Source: a virus (Duplodnaviria > Caudoviricetes). Taken from it: DNA of 63,994 bases. Made by a program: the position numbers and the translations under genes. The notes beneath the pieces are model-generated. The model made no database searches. It saw only the letters and a program-made list of their open reading frames with translations, and was not told the DNA's origin. The first letter of the stretch is position 1. Each line of letters starts with the position of its first letter. The stretch lies in the IMG/VR virus record IMGVR_UViG_3300036670_000273, positions 1 to 63,994 of that record, one strand, 5' to 3'. Positions 48,938 to 58,451 of this stretch are shown here, in pieces.

Positions 48938-50242
48938 CTAACAATCTCTACCGTTTTTATATATATGCTTTATGACTGGAAACCTTAATGAATACCCCCC
49001 ATTTTGATTTTCAGTTTGCTCAAAATATTGTATGCAAACAGTTTTACCAATAAGCTCATCATGTCTGTTTAGATAAAACTCACGCTGTTCTTTTGAAAAA
49101 CCAGATCCTACAGATACTCTACAACCCTTATGCTCAATGATAATACTACTTAAGCATTCTTTTTCAATTTGCTGCCCATTCTCAGTCCATCTAATAGATC
49201 CGTTTATACATTCCAAAACAACATATTCATCATCATAGAATTTTTTTACTTTTAGTAAATTATTTGATCTCTTACCTTCGTATGAAATATTTTTACGAAC
49301 CATTATACCTTCATAACCACTAATCTCAGCATCTTTAACCATTTCAGTAAATTGTTCTTCAGTTTTTAATAAAACTTGATCAACTATATTTAACGTAGTA
49401 TAGTTGTTATTTTTTATTAAATTTGAAGCTTCATAATTTTGACGGTCTGATAATTTAGTAATGCCTTTATGATTATCAAACTCTTCTAAAGTAAGGCAAT
49501 CAAAAATTAAAAACTTAGGGTTTTCAATAGTATGTCCCTTTTTCCGTATTTCTTTCATAATACCTTGGAAGTCTTCTGTACCGTTTTTATTAACAATACA
49601 AATTTCCCCGTCCAATATAAAATTACCAGGAATCTGTTTCAATTCAGCAGCAACAGAATCTAAGGTTAAAAATTCATTACCATTTCTTGAATAAAAATTA
49701 ATTGAATTGCCTTCTTTGCGACAGATACATCTAACCCCATCAAGTTTACGAGAACCAAACCATTCTTCATTTATAAAGTCAACTCGAGTAGGAGAATATG
49801 GTAGAGCTAAAGCTACTTTAAAAACCGGAACAATATTAGGATGTACTTTAAGTATTGAATTAATAGATGCACCCATACGAAGATCACGATCTAATATGAT
49901 ATGTATTAAATGCTGTAACTCAATTGGTAATTTATTTACGAATGAATTCACTGCATAGATAGCAGCATGTCCAGTGATATTGCTTTCTGCTAAGTCATCT
50001 AATAAATCAAAAATATTAGAGTATACAGTTGTAGGTAATACTAAACTAGAATTCTTTTTAAGTATTTTAGTGTGTACACCATATCTTTTAAAAGGATTAT
50101 AAGTATAGTAAAAAACTTTTTTTAAAAACTCATTAGCAGAATACTTGTGTAATGTTAAAATTTTGTAATTACCTGATGAAGATTCGTTCATTTCAGTTAT
50201 GAATGAATCGAGTTGTCTTAAGTCTTTGATTAAATTTTCCAT
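48938..50242 (-). CDS. ATP-dependent DNA ligase
   Basis: KLDGVR, LDGE, IFD, EGIMVR, LKVK, VGSGF, SLRFPV. Confidence 0.95.
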   Translation of the reverse strand: MENLIKDLRQLDSFITEMNESSSGNYKILTLHKYSANEFLKKVFYYTYNPFKRYGVHTKILKKNSSLVLPTTVYSNIFDLLDDLAESNITGHAAIYAVNSFVNKLPIELQHLIHIILDRDLRMGASINSILKVHPNIVPVFKVALALPYSPTRVDFINEEWFGSRKLDGVRCICRKEGNSINFYSRNGNEFLTLDSVAAELKQIPGNFILDGEICIVNKNGTEDFQGIMKEIRKKGHTIENPKFLIFDCLTLEEFDNHKGITKLSDRQNYEASNLIKNNNYTTLNIVDQVLLKTEEQFTEMVKDAEISGYEGIMVRKNISYEGKRSNNLLKVKKFYDDEYVVLECINGSIRWTENGQQIEKECLSSIIIEHKGCRVSVGSGFSKEQREFYLNRHDELIGKTVCIQYFEQTENQNGGYSLRFPVIKHIYKNGRDC

Positions 50243-50247
50243 ATTCT

Positions 50248-50271
50248 TTTTTAATTATAGTACAAATATAA
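50248..50271 (-). promoter_or_regulatory. Host-sigma-type (Bacteroidota TAnnTTTG) early promoter module
   Basis: TTATATTTGTACTATAATTAAAAA upstream of ligase; near-identical copies at 56241-56263 and 60574-60596. Confidence 0.65.
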
Positions 50272-50361
50272 TACTTTTTATTAAGAATTGAAAATATTTA
50301 TTACAATATTTTTTTTATTTTAAAGAAAGTCACTAACAATATAAAACTTCATGAAATCGTA

Positions 50362-50634
50362 TTAAACGATTTCAAAACACAGTACGTAAATACTACATAG
50401 TTTACAAGCCATGCAAAAACAGTAAAACAGTTGTTCCCATTTTTTTGCCTTTCTTACATAGGCAGTTCCGACCGTATCTTCCTTTCCATTATGTTTGTAA
50501 TAAACAACACCAAAGTCATTATCTACTCTGTGTGTTTTGAATATACGTGGGAAGTTTACCGCACCCTTAAATCGGTCAGAAACTAATACATCTCCTACGC
50601 AAAACGATCTATCTAAGTTTTGTGATTTAATCAT
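50362..50634 (-). CDS. Hypothetical protein
   Basis: 90-aa ORF; Cys-rich hydrophobic tail. Confidence 0.55.
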   Translation of the reverse strand: MIKSQNLDRSFCVGDVLVSDRFKGAVNFPRIFKTHRVDNDFGVVYYKHNGKEDTVGTAYVRKAKKWEQLFYCFCMACKLCSIYVLCFEIV

Positions 50635-50639
50635 AATTT

Positions 50640-51467
50640 TTAGTTTTTAAATTCATTTCTTTCATCTAACGCCTTTTTTACGTCTGCGATTAAAAGTAAT
50701 TCATTTTCATTTAGATTTTTTGGTAATTCAATTAACACATTAATATACAAGTCACTAAATTTGTCTAACTTATTATAGATAGGAAATCCCTTCCCCTGAA
50801 TTCTTAACATTGTTCCATTTTGTGTACCTTGTGGAATTGTAAAATTAATTTTTTTATCAAATATATTTATAAAAGACTTGCCACCTAGTATTGCATCAAA
50901 CACACATATTTTATGTATTTTATGAAGCCCTTTATTATCAATCATGTAATCCAAATGATCTAATATAATAATAGTAAGTATTAGATCACCGTTTAATTCG
51001 TCACGCGTACCCTTTTGACCTAATCCCTTTAGCCTTAATCTCTGACCGTTAATAATGCCAGGTTGGATTGTTACCGAAATTGATTTTAAACCTAACCTTA
51101 CTTCTCGCTTTACTCCGAAATACGCTTCATCTAAAGTTATATGTATTTGTGACGTAACATTTACACCCTTTGTGTTTTGATTCCAGTTATAAGCTGTATT
51201 AAAGTTATCAGCAAAACTATTGTGTCGAAAAAACTCGCTAAACATGTCATCATTGAACACATTCTCCATTGAAGAATCTAATTTTAATTTTGACCTTTTT
51301 ATAGGATCGTTTATTATTTCATACGCATTTGAAATCTCTTTAAATTTTTCATCATCACCGTTATTTCTATCTGGGTGAAATTCTAATGCTAACTTACGGT
51401 ATGCTTTTTTGATTTCATCATCTGTTGCAGATGAGTGCAATCCTAATGTTGTATATGGGTCTTTCAT
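50640..51467 (-). CDS. DnaJ/CbpA-like class II J-domain co-chaperone
   Basis: [24 protein letters not shown], DnaJ C-domain ([21 protein letters not shown]); no Zn finger; ATG at 51467. Confidence 0.9.
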   Translation of the reverse strand: MKDPYTTLGLHSSATDDEIKKAYRKLALEFHPDRNNGDDEKFKEISNAYEIINDPIKRSKLKLDSSMENVFNDDMFSEFFRHNSFADNFNTAYNWNQNTKGVNVTSQIHITLDEAYFGVKREVRLGLKSISVTIQPGIINGQRLRLKGLGQKGTRDELNGDLILTIIILDHLDYMIDNKGLHKIHKICVFDAILGGKSFINIFDKKINFTIPQGTQNGTMLRIQGKGFPIYNKLDKFSDLYINVLIELPKNLNENELLLIADVKKALDERNEFKN

Positions 51468-51808
51468 TTCCAAAATAATTGAACTAAAATTAATGATATT
51501 GCTAAACCTAAAGATACAATAGTTTTTAAGTTTATGCCTTCTTTCATAAGAAAATGTGTTAATATTGTAAACACTAATATGCCTACACCAAAACTAAGAA
51601 ACTTACCTGGCCAAATTAAATCATTAAAATATATGTATGAAAAATATGTTGCTTTAATAAAAATATAACTTGCAACCCCACCTAATGTAAACGAAACTAA
51701 TATTGGATTGTTTTTCCACCACGGCCAAATAAATTGCCCGTTTGATTGAACCCATATTATTATTTGACCTAGCATAATAAGAAAGAAAGCCTTAATTAAA
51801 TTATTCAT
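51464..51808 (-). CDS. Small 4-TM membrane protein (DMT/SMR-like)
   Basis: Four hydrophobic segments; ATG at 51808 preferred over the track start. Confidence 0.65.
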   Translation of the reverse strand: MNNLIKAFFLIMLGQIIIWVQSNGQFIWPWWKNNPILVSFTLGGVASYIFIKATYFSYIYFNDLIWPGKFLSFGVGILVFTILTHFLMKEGINLKTIVSLGLAISLILVQLFWK

Positions 51809-52067
51809 TGCTGTAATATTTATAACCTTCTCTTTCTTTAAAATCAATCCAATGATCAATATATGTTGCTATAATCAGTGAAGACTGTTCAATTCCAGTT
51901 TTATTAGATCTTGCGATGTTCATAAACCATTGATTATTTGTGTAACCTTCATTTTCCCACCATAACCAAATTTTTTGTCTAGATTTAGGTTTCTGCATAT
52001 AACATTTATTCCACTCTTTTAAACATTTAATAAATTCTTCTTTACTAATTTCGTTGTCTTTAATCAT
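51801..52067 (-). CDS. Hypothetical protein
   Basis: 88-aa Trp-rich ORF. Confidence 0.65.
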   Translation of the reverse strand: MIKDNEISKEEFIKCLKEWNKCYMQKPKSRQKIWLWWENEGYTNNQWFMNIARSNKTGIEQSSLIIATYIDHWIDFKEREGYKYYSNE

Positions 52068-52097
52068 GCTTAGTTATATGATATTAACTTTATTTTA

Positions 52098-52280
52098 TTA
52101 AAGCTTTGATATGTTTTTTATTTTTTGCTTAGTTAATCTTTCTTCAAGTTTAGATTTTTTTTCTTGAATTTTATTAAAGCTATCAATTTTTTTTGCGATA
52201 TTTTCTAGAGCTAATATTAGTCTTGGTATATCAGCCTCATAAAATTTGCGGCCTATCTGAGTTTTGTCAAAATCTTTCAT
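52098..52280 (-). CDS. Small hypothetical protein
   Basis: 60 aa; TQIGRKFYEADIPRL then coiled coil. Confidence 0.65.
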   Translation of the reverse strand: MKDFDKTQIGRKFYEADIPRLILALENIAKKIDSFNKIQEKKSKLEERLTKQKIKNISKL

Positions 52281-52349
52281 AATCTTTATTATTATATACC
52301 GCTATTAAATAAAGTTTATTTTTGTTTTATTGAAAGATAATTAATAGTT

Positions 52350-52357
52350 GATATATA
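52350..52357 (+). promoter_or_regulatory. Putative late-promoter motif GATATATA for the + strand island
   Basis: 24 bp upstream of ATG 52381; the motif switches strand with the genes. Confidence 0.55.
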
Positions 52358-52380
52358 AATAAAATAAAAAAATAAAAATT

Positions 52381-53406
52381 ATGAATATTTACGAAACCTT
52401 TACTGAATTTATTAACTCTCTACAACCTGGGGATACTTTAAATGAAGCCTTTGGCAGTAAAATACTAGCCTCTGTTCTAACTAAACAAGGTAACAACAAC
52501 AACAAAGAGTTAGCTAACACTTTTTATTCCACAACTAAAATAGCATTAGACAAAGTACAAGATGAAGATATCATTGTTACAACTCCTGCTGTTGCGTATA
52601 AGCAAAAATCGCCAAACACTATTATGTTTTACGTTTCCGATAAAGAAAAACCAAATAAATACGCTAACGATAATTCTTTTAGAGAATTCGGTGTTATACC
52701 AGGTGGTGGTTATTTGTTAGCAATTGCAAGCGGTGAAAACATTTTTTATGTAGATTCATGGCGCAGAAGCGGGAAAAGGACCTTAGAATTAAAAGACAAG
52801 TCTAGGGGAAGGGACGCAAATGGCATTGATGTAGGCATTTCTAAACAGAATGCAGGATGGAATGGAACTGGTCTTATTAATGTTAAAAGAATTGCAGAAG
52901 TTGCAGATAGAGCAATCATACTTGATATAAACCTGTTACAACAAAAATACTCAACTGATAGTAAAAGAAACGACAGATATATTGCCCAAGGCGGGGCAAT
53001 TGCATTTGTGTCTGATGAAGATTTTAAAGAAGAAAACATGTCAAGATATAGCGAGATTCTATCTTCTAAAGCGATGTCTTTACCATTAGATAAAATGGTA
53101 TTAAAAGCCATCGATGAATTAGCAGAACAAATGAAAGATGGAGTTACATCTGGTAACAAAACTAAATTTGGCGAGATTTTAATTGGTGTAGCACCAAATG
53201 GTCGCGAAGTTAAAGTAGGAGATGCTTCATACCTCATGAGAGGTATATTAGACGATTATGCTAGCTATGTCAGATATTCTGCTGATACTGCGGATGCAAT
53301 TGCTCGATTTGGAGAAGCCCCAGCATTTTATGCCAGAGAGGTTAAATCTTTTGCAAAACAGACAGTAGATAAAATTAAACAGATTAAATCATTTAGTTAT
53401 GCTTAG
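52381..53406 (+). CDS. CTS-tagged putative internal head protein
   Basis: MNIYETFTEFIN...LNE; first of three + strand genes. Confidence 0.75.
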   Translation: MNIYETFTEFINSLQPGDTLNEAFGSKILASVLTKQGNNNNKELANTFYSTTKIALDKVQDEDIIVTTPAVAYKQKSPNTIMFYVSDKEKPNKYANDNSFREFGVIPGGGYLLAIASGENIFYVDSWRRSGKRTLELKDKSRGRDANGIDVGISKQNAGWNGTGLINVKRIAEVADRAIILDINLLQQKYSTDSKRNDRYIAQGGAIAFVSDEDFKEENMSRYSEILSSKAMSLPLDKMVLKAIDELAEQMKDGVTSGNKTKFGEILIGVAPNGREVKVGDASYLMRGILDDYASYVRYSADTADAIARFGEAPAFYAREVKSFAKQTVDKIKQIKSFSYA

Positions 53407-53437
53407 TCACGGCTGTTAATTGAAAAATAAAACAAGT

Positions 53438-53938
53438 ATGAAACATATAAAACTATTTGAAGATTTTATACCTCTTGGCTTTGGTGTTAGTACAATGTCA
53501 ACGTATTCATTAGGAGCAACTCCTAATATTAATACCGGATATAATATGGCTTCTGTTGTTGGTTCAGTTATGAAATTAAGTGAGCAAATAATAAAAGAAG
53601 CCTCTGTTTATGAATTAAATGATAATCCTAAACATACAGCAAACGAATATTTATCAGAAGCTAAAAAAAGCATTATTGAAATTATTGAAAATACATGCGA
53701 ACAGTATTCAATAACAAACGAAGCAGCGGATTATATTTATAATCCGACTGATCATGCAGAAAGATTAAAGCGTAGAGAAAAACAAAACATAGAAAGATTT
53801 AGAGCTGCACAAGATCGTCAAGATAATTATGCTATCTCTTTGTATGAACTAAAAATTAAAATAGATAAAATTGATTTAGAAAAGATTAAAATATTGGCAG
53901 CAATAAACAATCTTAAAAAACAAAATAATAAAATATAA
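53438..53938 (+). CDS. CTS-tagged putative internal head protein
   Basis: ATG at 53438 gives MKHIKLFEDFI; internal LSE/IIE/TNE possible protease sites. Confidence 0.75.
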   Translation: MKHIKLFEDFIPLGFGVSTMSTYSLGATPNINTGYNMASVVGSVMKLSEQIIKEASVYELNDNPKHTANEYLSEAKKSIIEIIENTCEQYSITNEAADYIYNPTDHAERLKRREKQNIERFRAAQDRQDNYAISLYELKIKIDKIDLEKIKILAAINNLKKQNNKI

Positions 53939-53943
53939 TTAAC

Positions 53944-54330
53944 ATGGCTTCCGAAGAAAATCCAAACCTATATAAAATTAGACATTATAAAGGAACTGTT
54001 GCGGATTTCAAATCTTATTGGGATGAAAAAGCAGGGACTAATACTAATGCGTTTAATACTCCAGCATATCAAGACTTCAATAATGTTCATCCTACAAGGG
54101 GCTCTCAACAAAGCCCACATTTGAAAGATAACAACGTATTAGAACAAGATAATCAAGATCATGAAGTAAGCATGGCTCAAAAACTATTAACTTCATTAAT
54201 TAATGATTCATTAAATTTACAAGAAAAAATAGGAAAGCAGGAAAAAGACATACCTGCATGGATTCAAGATCATATATCACAAGCTTATAATTATTTAAAG
54301 CAAGCAAGTGACGGTTATCATGAACTTTAA
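53944..54330 (+). CDS. Hypothetical protein (probably virion-internal)
   Basis: C-terminal DHEVSMA...IPAWIQDHISQA helical motif after VLE. Confidence 0.7.
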   Translation: MASEENPNLYKIRHYKGTVADFKSYWDEKAGTNTNAFNTPAYQDFNNVHPTRGSQQSPHLKDNNVLEQDNQDHEVSMAQKLLTSLINDSLNLQEKIGKQEKDIPAWIQDHISQAYNYLKQASDGYHEL

Positions 54331-54905
54331 TTTCTAATAGCAATTTTTTCTTTTTCAATTACGTTTTTTATTGTATTTATATAATTAGGATCCTCTGCAT
54401 AACTAGTGGATAGATACTGAAAATATTCATTTTTAGATCTTATTTTTGATAAGTATCTAGATTGATAAAAGGCGTAATCATATACGCTTTCTCTCCAATG
54501 ATTATAGTACGCATGATTGTATTGTGTTCCTTCTGCCGTTGTGATTCTCATCTTAGCCTCTTTCATACCAAAGAGGTTATTATTTTCTAAAAATATTTTA
54601 CTTCTCCATTTACCAGTCTCAACTGTAGATTGTGCTAACACAATATCTGGGTATTTTACATTAAGATCGTTTAACATTAAAATTAGCTTTTCCTTTGTAA
54701 AGGTATCAGCTTCTCTAATTAACACTATTTTTTCCATTTCGGTATATTCTATTATGTTACTTGCATTACTTGTTTTAACAAAATGTGTACCAACATTAAA
54801 CGATGTAAATGACACTATAGATATTACACAAATTAATATGCATATAGTTTTAAATATATTCAACTTGTAAAAATTGAGCTGTACTTTATCGTAACGGTAT
54901 ATCAT
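54327..54905 (-). CDS. GH73 glucosaminidase (peptidoglycan hydrolase) with N-terminal TM anchor
   Basis: LAQSTVETG, NNLFGMK, YAEDPNY. Confidence 0.85.
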   Translation of the reverse strand: MIYRYDKVQLNFYKLNIFKTICILICVISIVSFTSFNVGTHFVKTSNASNIIEYTEMEKIVLIREADTFTKEKLILMLNDLNVKYPDIVLAQSTVETGKWRSKIFLENNNLFGMKEAKMRITTAEGTQYNHAYYNHWRESVYDYAFYQSRYLSKIRSKNEYFQYLSTSYAEDPNYINTIKNVIEKEKIAIRN

Positions 54906-54924
54906 AATTATGTTTTTATAACTG

Positions 54925-55308
54925 TTAAAGTTTTAATTCAAATCTCTCATTCATTTTATCTATTACATGAGTTGGTACATTATGCGCATTTTTACCGTTG
55001 TGTCTATTTTCAACAATGAGTGAGTATACCATATATCCGAAATCTTTTGCAAGATCCATATATTTAGTCATTTCCCACTCTTGTGTAAATGTATTTGAAA
55101 CTACTATTTTAGTTTTATCATTAGACATTAAGCCAAATACTGAAGTAGAGCACCATGAGTGCGCATCCTTTATTTTAGTTGCATCAAACATATATTTACC
55201 ATCTATCATAAAATACATATCTGCTTCAATATGATGCCCACCAATTGACTTTGCTAACGTTGACTTTCCAGCACCTGGTAGCCCTCTTAACAAGTATAAT
55301 TCTTTCAT
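54925..55308 (-). CDS. P-loop kinase (AAA_33, polynucleotide-kinase-like)
   Basis: LLRGLPGAGKSTLA, IEADMYF, VVSNTF, HNVP. Confidence 0.85.
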   Translation of the reverse strand: MKELYLLRGLPGAGKSTLAKSIGGHHIEADMYFMIDGKYMFDATKIKDAHSWCSTSVFGLMSNDKTKIVVSNTFTQEWEMTKYMDLAKDFGYMVYSLIVENRHNGKNAHNVPTHVIDKMNERFELKL

Positions 55309-55319
55309 AATTTTATTGT

Positions 55320-55475
55320 TTAATAGTTATAATCTAAACTCCATTTTAACCACAAAATAGAATTGCATCTTAATTTCTTGCTTATTTCTATTGTAGGTAT
55401 TAAGAATAACGATTCTCCTGAATTCCAATTGAATTCAATCTCTATTCTCTCCATGTTCTTTTTTATTAGTATCAT
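55320..55475 (-). CDS. Small hypothetical protein (51 aa)
   Basis: Hand translation MILIKKNMERIEIEFNWNSGESLFLIPTIEISKK...WLKWSLDYNY fills the gap exactly. Confidence 0.5.
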   Translation of the reverse strand: MILIKKNMERIEIEFNWNSGESLFLIPTIEISKKLRCNSILWLKWSLDYNY

Positions 55476-55478
55476 ATC

Positions 55479-56231
55479 TTAATTGTTTTCGTGAGTTGAT
55501 TGTTTCTTGAATGTTGGTAATAACCTCATGCCATTCTTAAAGATTAAATCTAAAAATCCAGGGACAACCTCATCTACATCCATTAATAATCTAAAACTTC
55601 TAACAGTATTAAATTGGAACATCTTTGCGATTTCTTCTCTGATTCTTTCGCTACTTACAGTTAATTCTAATTTCTGTAAGATATTTGGTTGTTGCATTGC
55701 TTCCCATAAATCATTTGATACTGTGAAATCCTTTGTGATTATGAATCTTAACGCTCTTATGATTCTAAGTGGATCATCCATCATAGTCTGAGATGCATCC
55801 ATAGGAGTCCTTAGGATGCCTTTCTTTAGATCTTCAATACCATTAAACATATCAATAATATTCCCGTTAATGTCTTCAGCAAGAGCGTTAACTGTAAAGT
55901 CTCTACGAAATAAATCATCTGCTAGTGTACCTAACTCTAGAATAGGTTTCCGAGTTCCTTCAATGTAACCTATTTCTTTTCTTGCCATTACAAAATCTGC
56001 AACTAAACCCTCATTGGTATCGCCCTTTGGAAACTTTGCTCTAATCGTAAAGCAATCAGGAGTTTCTAGAAATATTTCGAAATTTCTTTCAATCATCCAT
56101 GTTTTCATTTCTCCCCAGCCTTCTTCTACCGTTTTGGAGTTTTCACATACAAATGTAAAATCAATATCTTTGGAATCTACACCAAGAAACTTATCTCTGA
56201 TGCAGCCGCCTACTTTGTAAATAGTTGCCAT
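55479..56231 (-). CDS. cca: tRNA nucleotidyltransferase (CCA-adding class II)
   Basis: VGGCIRD, KDIDF, RRDFTVNA, DDPLRIIRALRF, SERIREE. Confidence 0.9.
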   Translation of the reverse strand: MATIYKVGGCIRDKFLGVDSKDIDFTFVCENSKTVEEGWGEMKTWMIERNFEIFLETPDCFTIRAKFPKGDTNEGLVADFVMARKEIGYIEGTRKPILELGTLADDLFRRDFTVNALAEDINGNIIDMFNGIEDLKKGILRTPMDASQTMMDDPLRIIRALRFIITKDFTVSNDLWEAMQQPNILQKLELTVSSERIREEIAKMFQFNTVRSFRLLMDVDEVVPGFLDLIFKNGMRLLPTFKKQSTHENN

Positions 56232-56240
56232 CTTTATTTG

Positions 56241-56313
56241 TTTTAATTATAATACAAATATAATCAATCTAAATAAATACTAAATTATATTAATAGTTAA
56301 AGTTTTGTTAAAA
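56241..56313 (-). promoter_or_regulatory. Early promoter module with TATATTTG box and upstream element
   Basis: TTATATTTGTATTATAATTAAAA (56241-56263); upstream atagttaaagttttgttaaaa (56293-56313) matches 58425-58445 with one mismatch. Confidence 0.65.
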
Positions 56314-56341
56314 TATGTTATGCTAATAAATTCTGTTAAAA

Positions 56342-57481
56342 TTATTTAAGTAACTCACAAATTTTATAAGCCAATTCTTTAAACCAATTTACATCATGGC
56401 CTCGTGTGGTTTCTGCTGCTGTACCAATACGAATACCACTAGTTTCTATAAAATTACGAGGATCATTAGGAATACCATTTTTATTGACAGTAATACCATG
56501 AGCTTCTAATATATCGGCTGCTTCTCTTCCGCTATATTTACTAGTAGACAAATCTATTAATATAACGTGACTATCTGTTCCTTTAGTTTGTAATGACATT
56601 CCATATTCATTAAACACTTCGCACATAGCCTTTGCGTTGTTAATTACGTCTTTTGTATATTGCGTAAATTCCAAAGTGCTTGCTTCAATAAAACATTGTG
56701 CTTTTGCTGCAATTATATGCATAAGAGGACCTCCTTGTGTACCTGGAAATATAGCACTATTTATACGTTTAGTATAATCCGGATTATTCCATAGTATAAT
56801 ACCACCTCTTGGACCACGCAATGTTTTATGGGTAGTTGATGTGATAATATCTGCATGCGGTATTGGGGATGGATATGAGCCACCTGCTATTAAACCTGAA
56901 TAATGAGCCATGTCAACTAATAGTAAAGCTCCTACTTTATCAGCAATTTCTCTAAACTTTTTCCAATCAATTATTCTAGGATACGCACTTGCTCCTGCTA
57001 CAATCATTTTTGGCTTTACTCGTTTTGCTATTTCTAATATTTCATCATAGTCTAGAAGACCAAATTTGTTTACGCCGTACGTATATGCTTTATAAATTTT
57101 ACCTGATATGTTTGGTTTGCTTCCATGTGATAAATGACCACCACTGGCTAAATCCATTCCAAGTATTACATCACCTGGTTTTAAAAATGCTTGATATACA
57201 GCGGTATTTGCATTAGCACCACAGTGCGGCTGTACATTAGCGTATTCACATTTATATAACTTTGTTAGCAAAGAAATAGCTAAATTCTCAATTTCATCCA
57301 TGTGTAAGCACCCATTATAATATCGTTTGCCTGGATAGCCTTCTGCATACTTATTTGTAAAAACTGACCCTGATAATGCCATTACATCTTTACTTGTAAA
57401 ATTTTCACTTGCTATTAATTCTATAGTAGTTGATTGTCTAATTTCTTCTCTACTTAATATTTCTTGTATTCTTAAATTCAT
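56342..57481 (-). CDS. glyA: Serine hydroxymethyltransferase
   Basis: LIASEN, NKYAEGYPGKRYY, GGHLSHG, DMAH, TTHKTLRGPRGG, GIRIGT. Confidence 0.97.
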   Translation of the reverse strand: MNLRIQEILSREEIRQSTTIELIASENFTSKDVMALSGSVFTNKYAEGYPGKRYYNGCLHMDEIENLAISLLTKLYKCEYANVQPHCGANANTAVYQAFLKPGDVILGMDLASGGHLSHGSKPNISGKIYKAYTYGVNKFGLLDYDEILEIAKRVKPKMIVAGASAYPRIIDWKKFREIADKVGALLLVDMAHYSGLIAGGSYPSPIPHADIITSTTHKTLRGPRGGIILWNNPDYTKRINSAIFPGTQGGPLMHIIAAKAQCFIEASTLEFTQYTKDVINNAKAMCEVFNEYGMSLQTKGTDSHVILIDLSTSKYSGREAADILEAHGITVNKNGIPNDPRNFIETSGIRIGTAAETTRGHDVNWFKELAYKICELLK

Positions 57482-57603
57482 TATTTATCTTTATATTTTT
57501 TACAATCTTCTTTACTTCCTTGGAATTTAACCTCATTAGTTTTAAGTTCAACAACTTGATAAACATCATTATATTCGCTTAAACCTATTATTTTTAATTT
57601 CAT
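57481..57603 (-). CDS. Small hypothetical protein (40 aa)
   Basis: Hand translation MKLKIIGLSEYNDVYQVVELKTNEVKFQGSKEDCKKYKDK; TAATG overlap with glyA. Confidence 0.6.
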   Translation of the reverse strand: MKLKIIGLSEYNDVYQVVELKTNEVKFQGSKEDCKKYKDK

Positions 57604-57629
57604 AGCGTCTCTTATATTTAATTGTATAA

Positions 57630-57860
57630 TTATCTTTCTAATATTACAAACTCACCGAATGCGTTGTCAAATGCTTGTATTGCGTGTTCATAATCGTGCG
57701 ACATCATATCATTAATTAAATTAGATCCTTCATCCACCCAATTTAATTGAATTGCAAACCTTCTAGCAAAAGCCATTAATGCAAATACATTACCATACGG
57801 TCCAGTAAGATCTATAATAATATTTTTTTTAAGAATCCCTTCTTTTTTTAATCTAATCAT
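57630..57860 (-). CDS. Phage hypothetical protein
   Basis: IDLTGPYGNVFALM...DYEHAIQAFD; ATG at 57860 preferred over the track start 57917. Confidence 0.7.
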   Translation of the reverse strand: MIRLKKEGILKKNIIIDLTGPYGNVFALMAFARRFAIQLNWVDEGSNLINDMMSHDYEHAIQAFDNAFGEFVILER

Positions 57861-57903
57861 TTTTTTGTTTTTAGTTTTATTAGTATCTTTTAAATTTAAG
57901 AAA

Positions 57904-58365
57904 TTAAAAGTTTCCATAATTTACTTGCATGCATGGAATTCCGCTTTCTCTCCACATTTTAACAACTTTATCTCTGTCATCAAAGGCACACATCACAGAA
58001 AAACCATCAGACTGAAGTTCGTTAAGCCATGTATTTTTTAAAATATCGTCTGGTGTGTAATTTCCATGATCTCTCATTTTTAAGATGTGTGGAAATATTT
58101 CATACTTATTTAACCATTGTGTAGTTTCAGATAAAGATATATCATCCCTTCCTGAAAATACACAAATTAAATATTCTTTTTCTAATGATTTTAGTATATT
58201 GATTACTGGTAGATTTGGCTCGTCTAATCCAATATTAATTGGATTAAAAAAAACATCCCAATTCATTTTACGGTTATCTTTAGTTGCTAATTTTTTACGT
58301 TTAGTGATGTCTGCTAAAGTACCGTCTAAATCAAAAATTATAGTTTGCTTTTGTAACATGATCAT
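57904..58365 (-). CDS. HAD-family phosphatase (polynucleotide 3'-phosphatase / PNKP C-domain-like)
   Basis: FDLDGTLAD, FSGR, LKMR...PDDILK, FDDR...VVKMWR. Confidence 0.85.
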   Translation of the reverse strand: MIMLQKQTIIFDLDGTLADITKRKKLATKDNRKMNWDVFFNPINIGLDEPNLPVINILKSLEKEYLICVFSGRDDISLSETTQWLNKYEIFPHILKMRDHGNYTPDDILKNTWLNELQSDGFSVMCAFDDRDKVVKMWRESGIPCMQVNYGNF

Positions 58366-58372
58366 TTTTTGT

Positions 58373-58445
58373 TTTTAATTATACTACAATAATAACTAAT
58401 TTATATGAATAGTTAACTATTGTTATAGTTAAAGTTTTATTAAAA
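58373..58445 (-). promoter_or_regulatory. Variant early promoter module
   Basis: TTATTATTGTAGTATAATTAAAA plus the upstream element shared with 56293-56313. Confidence 0.5.
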
Positions 58446-58451
58446 ATGAAA

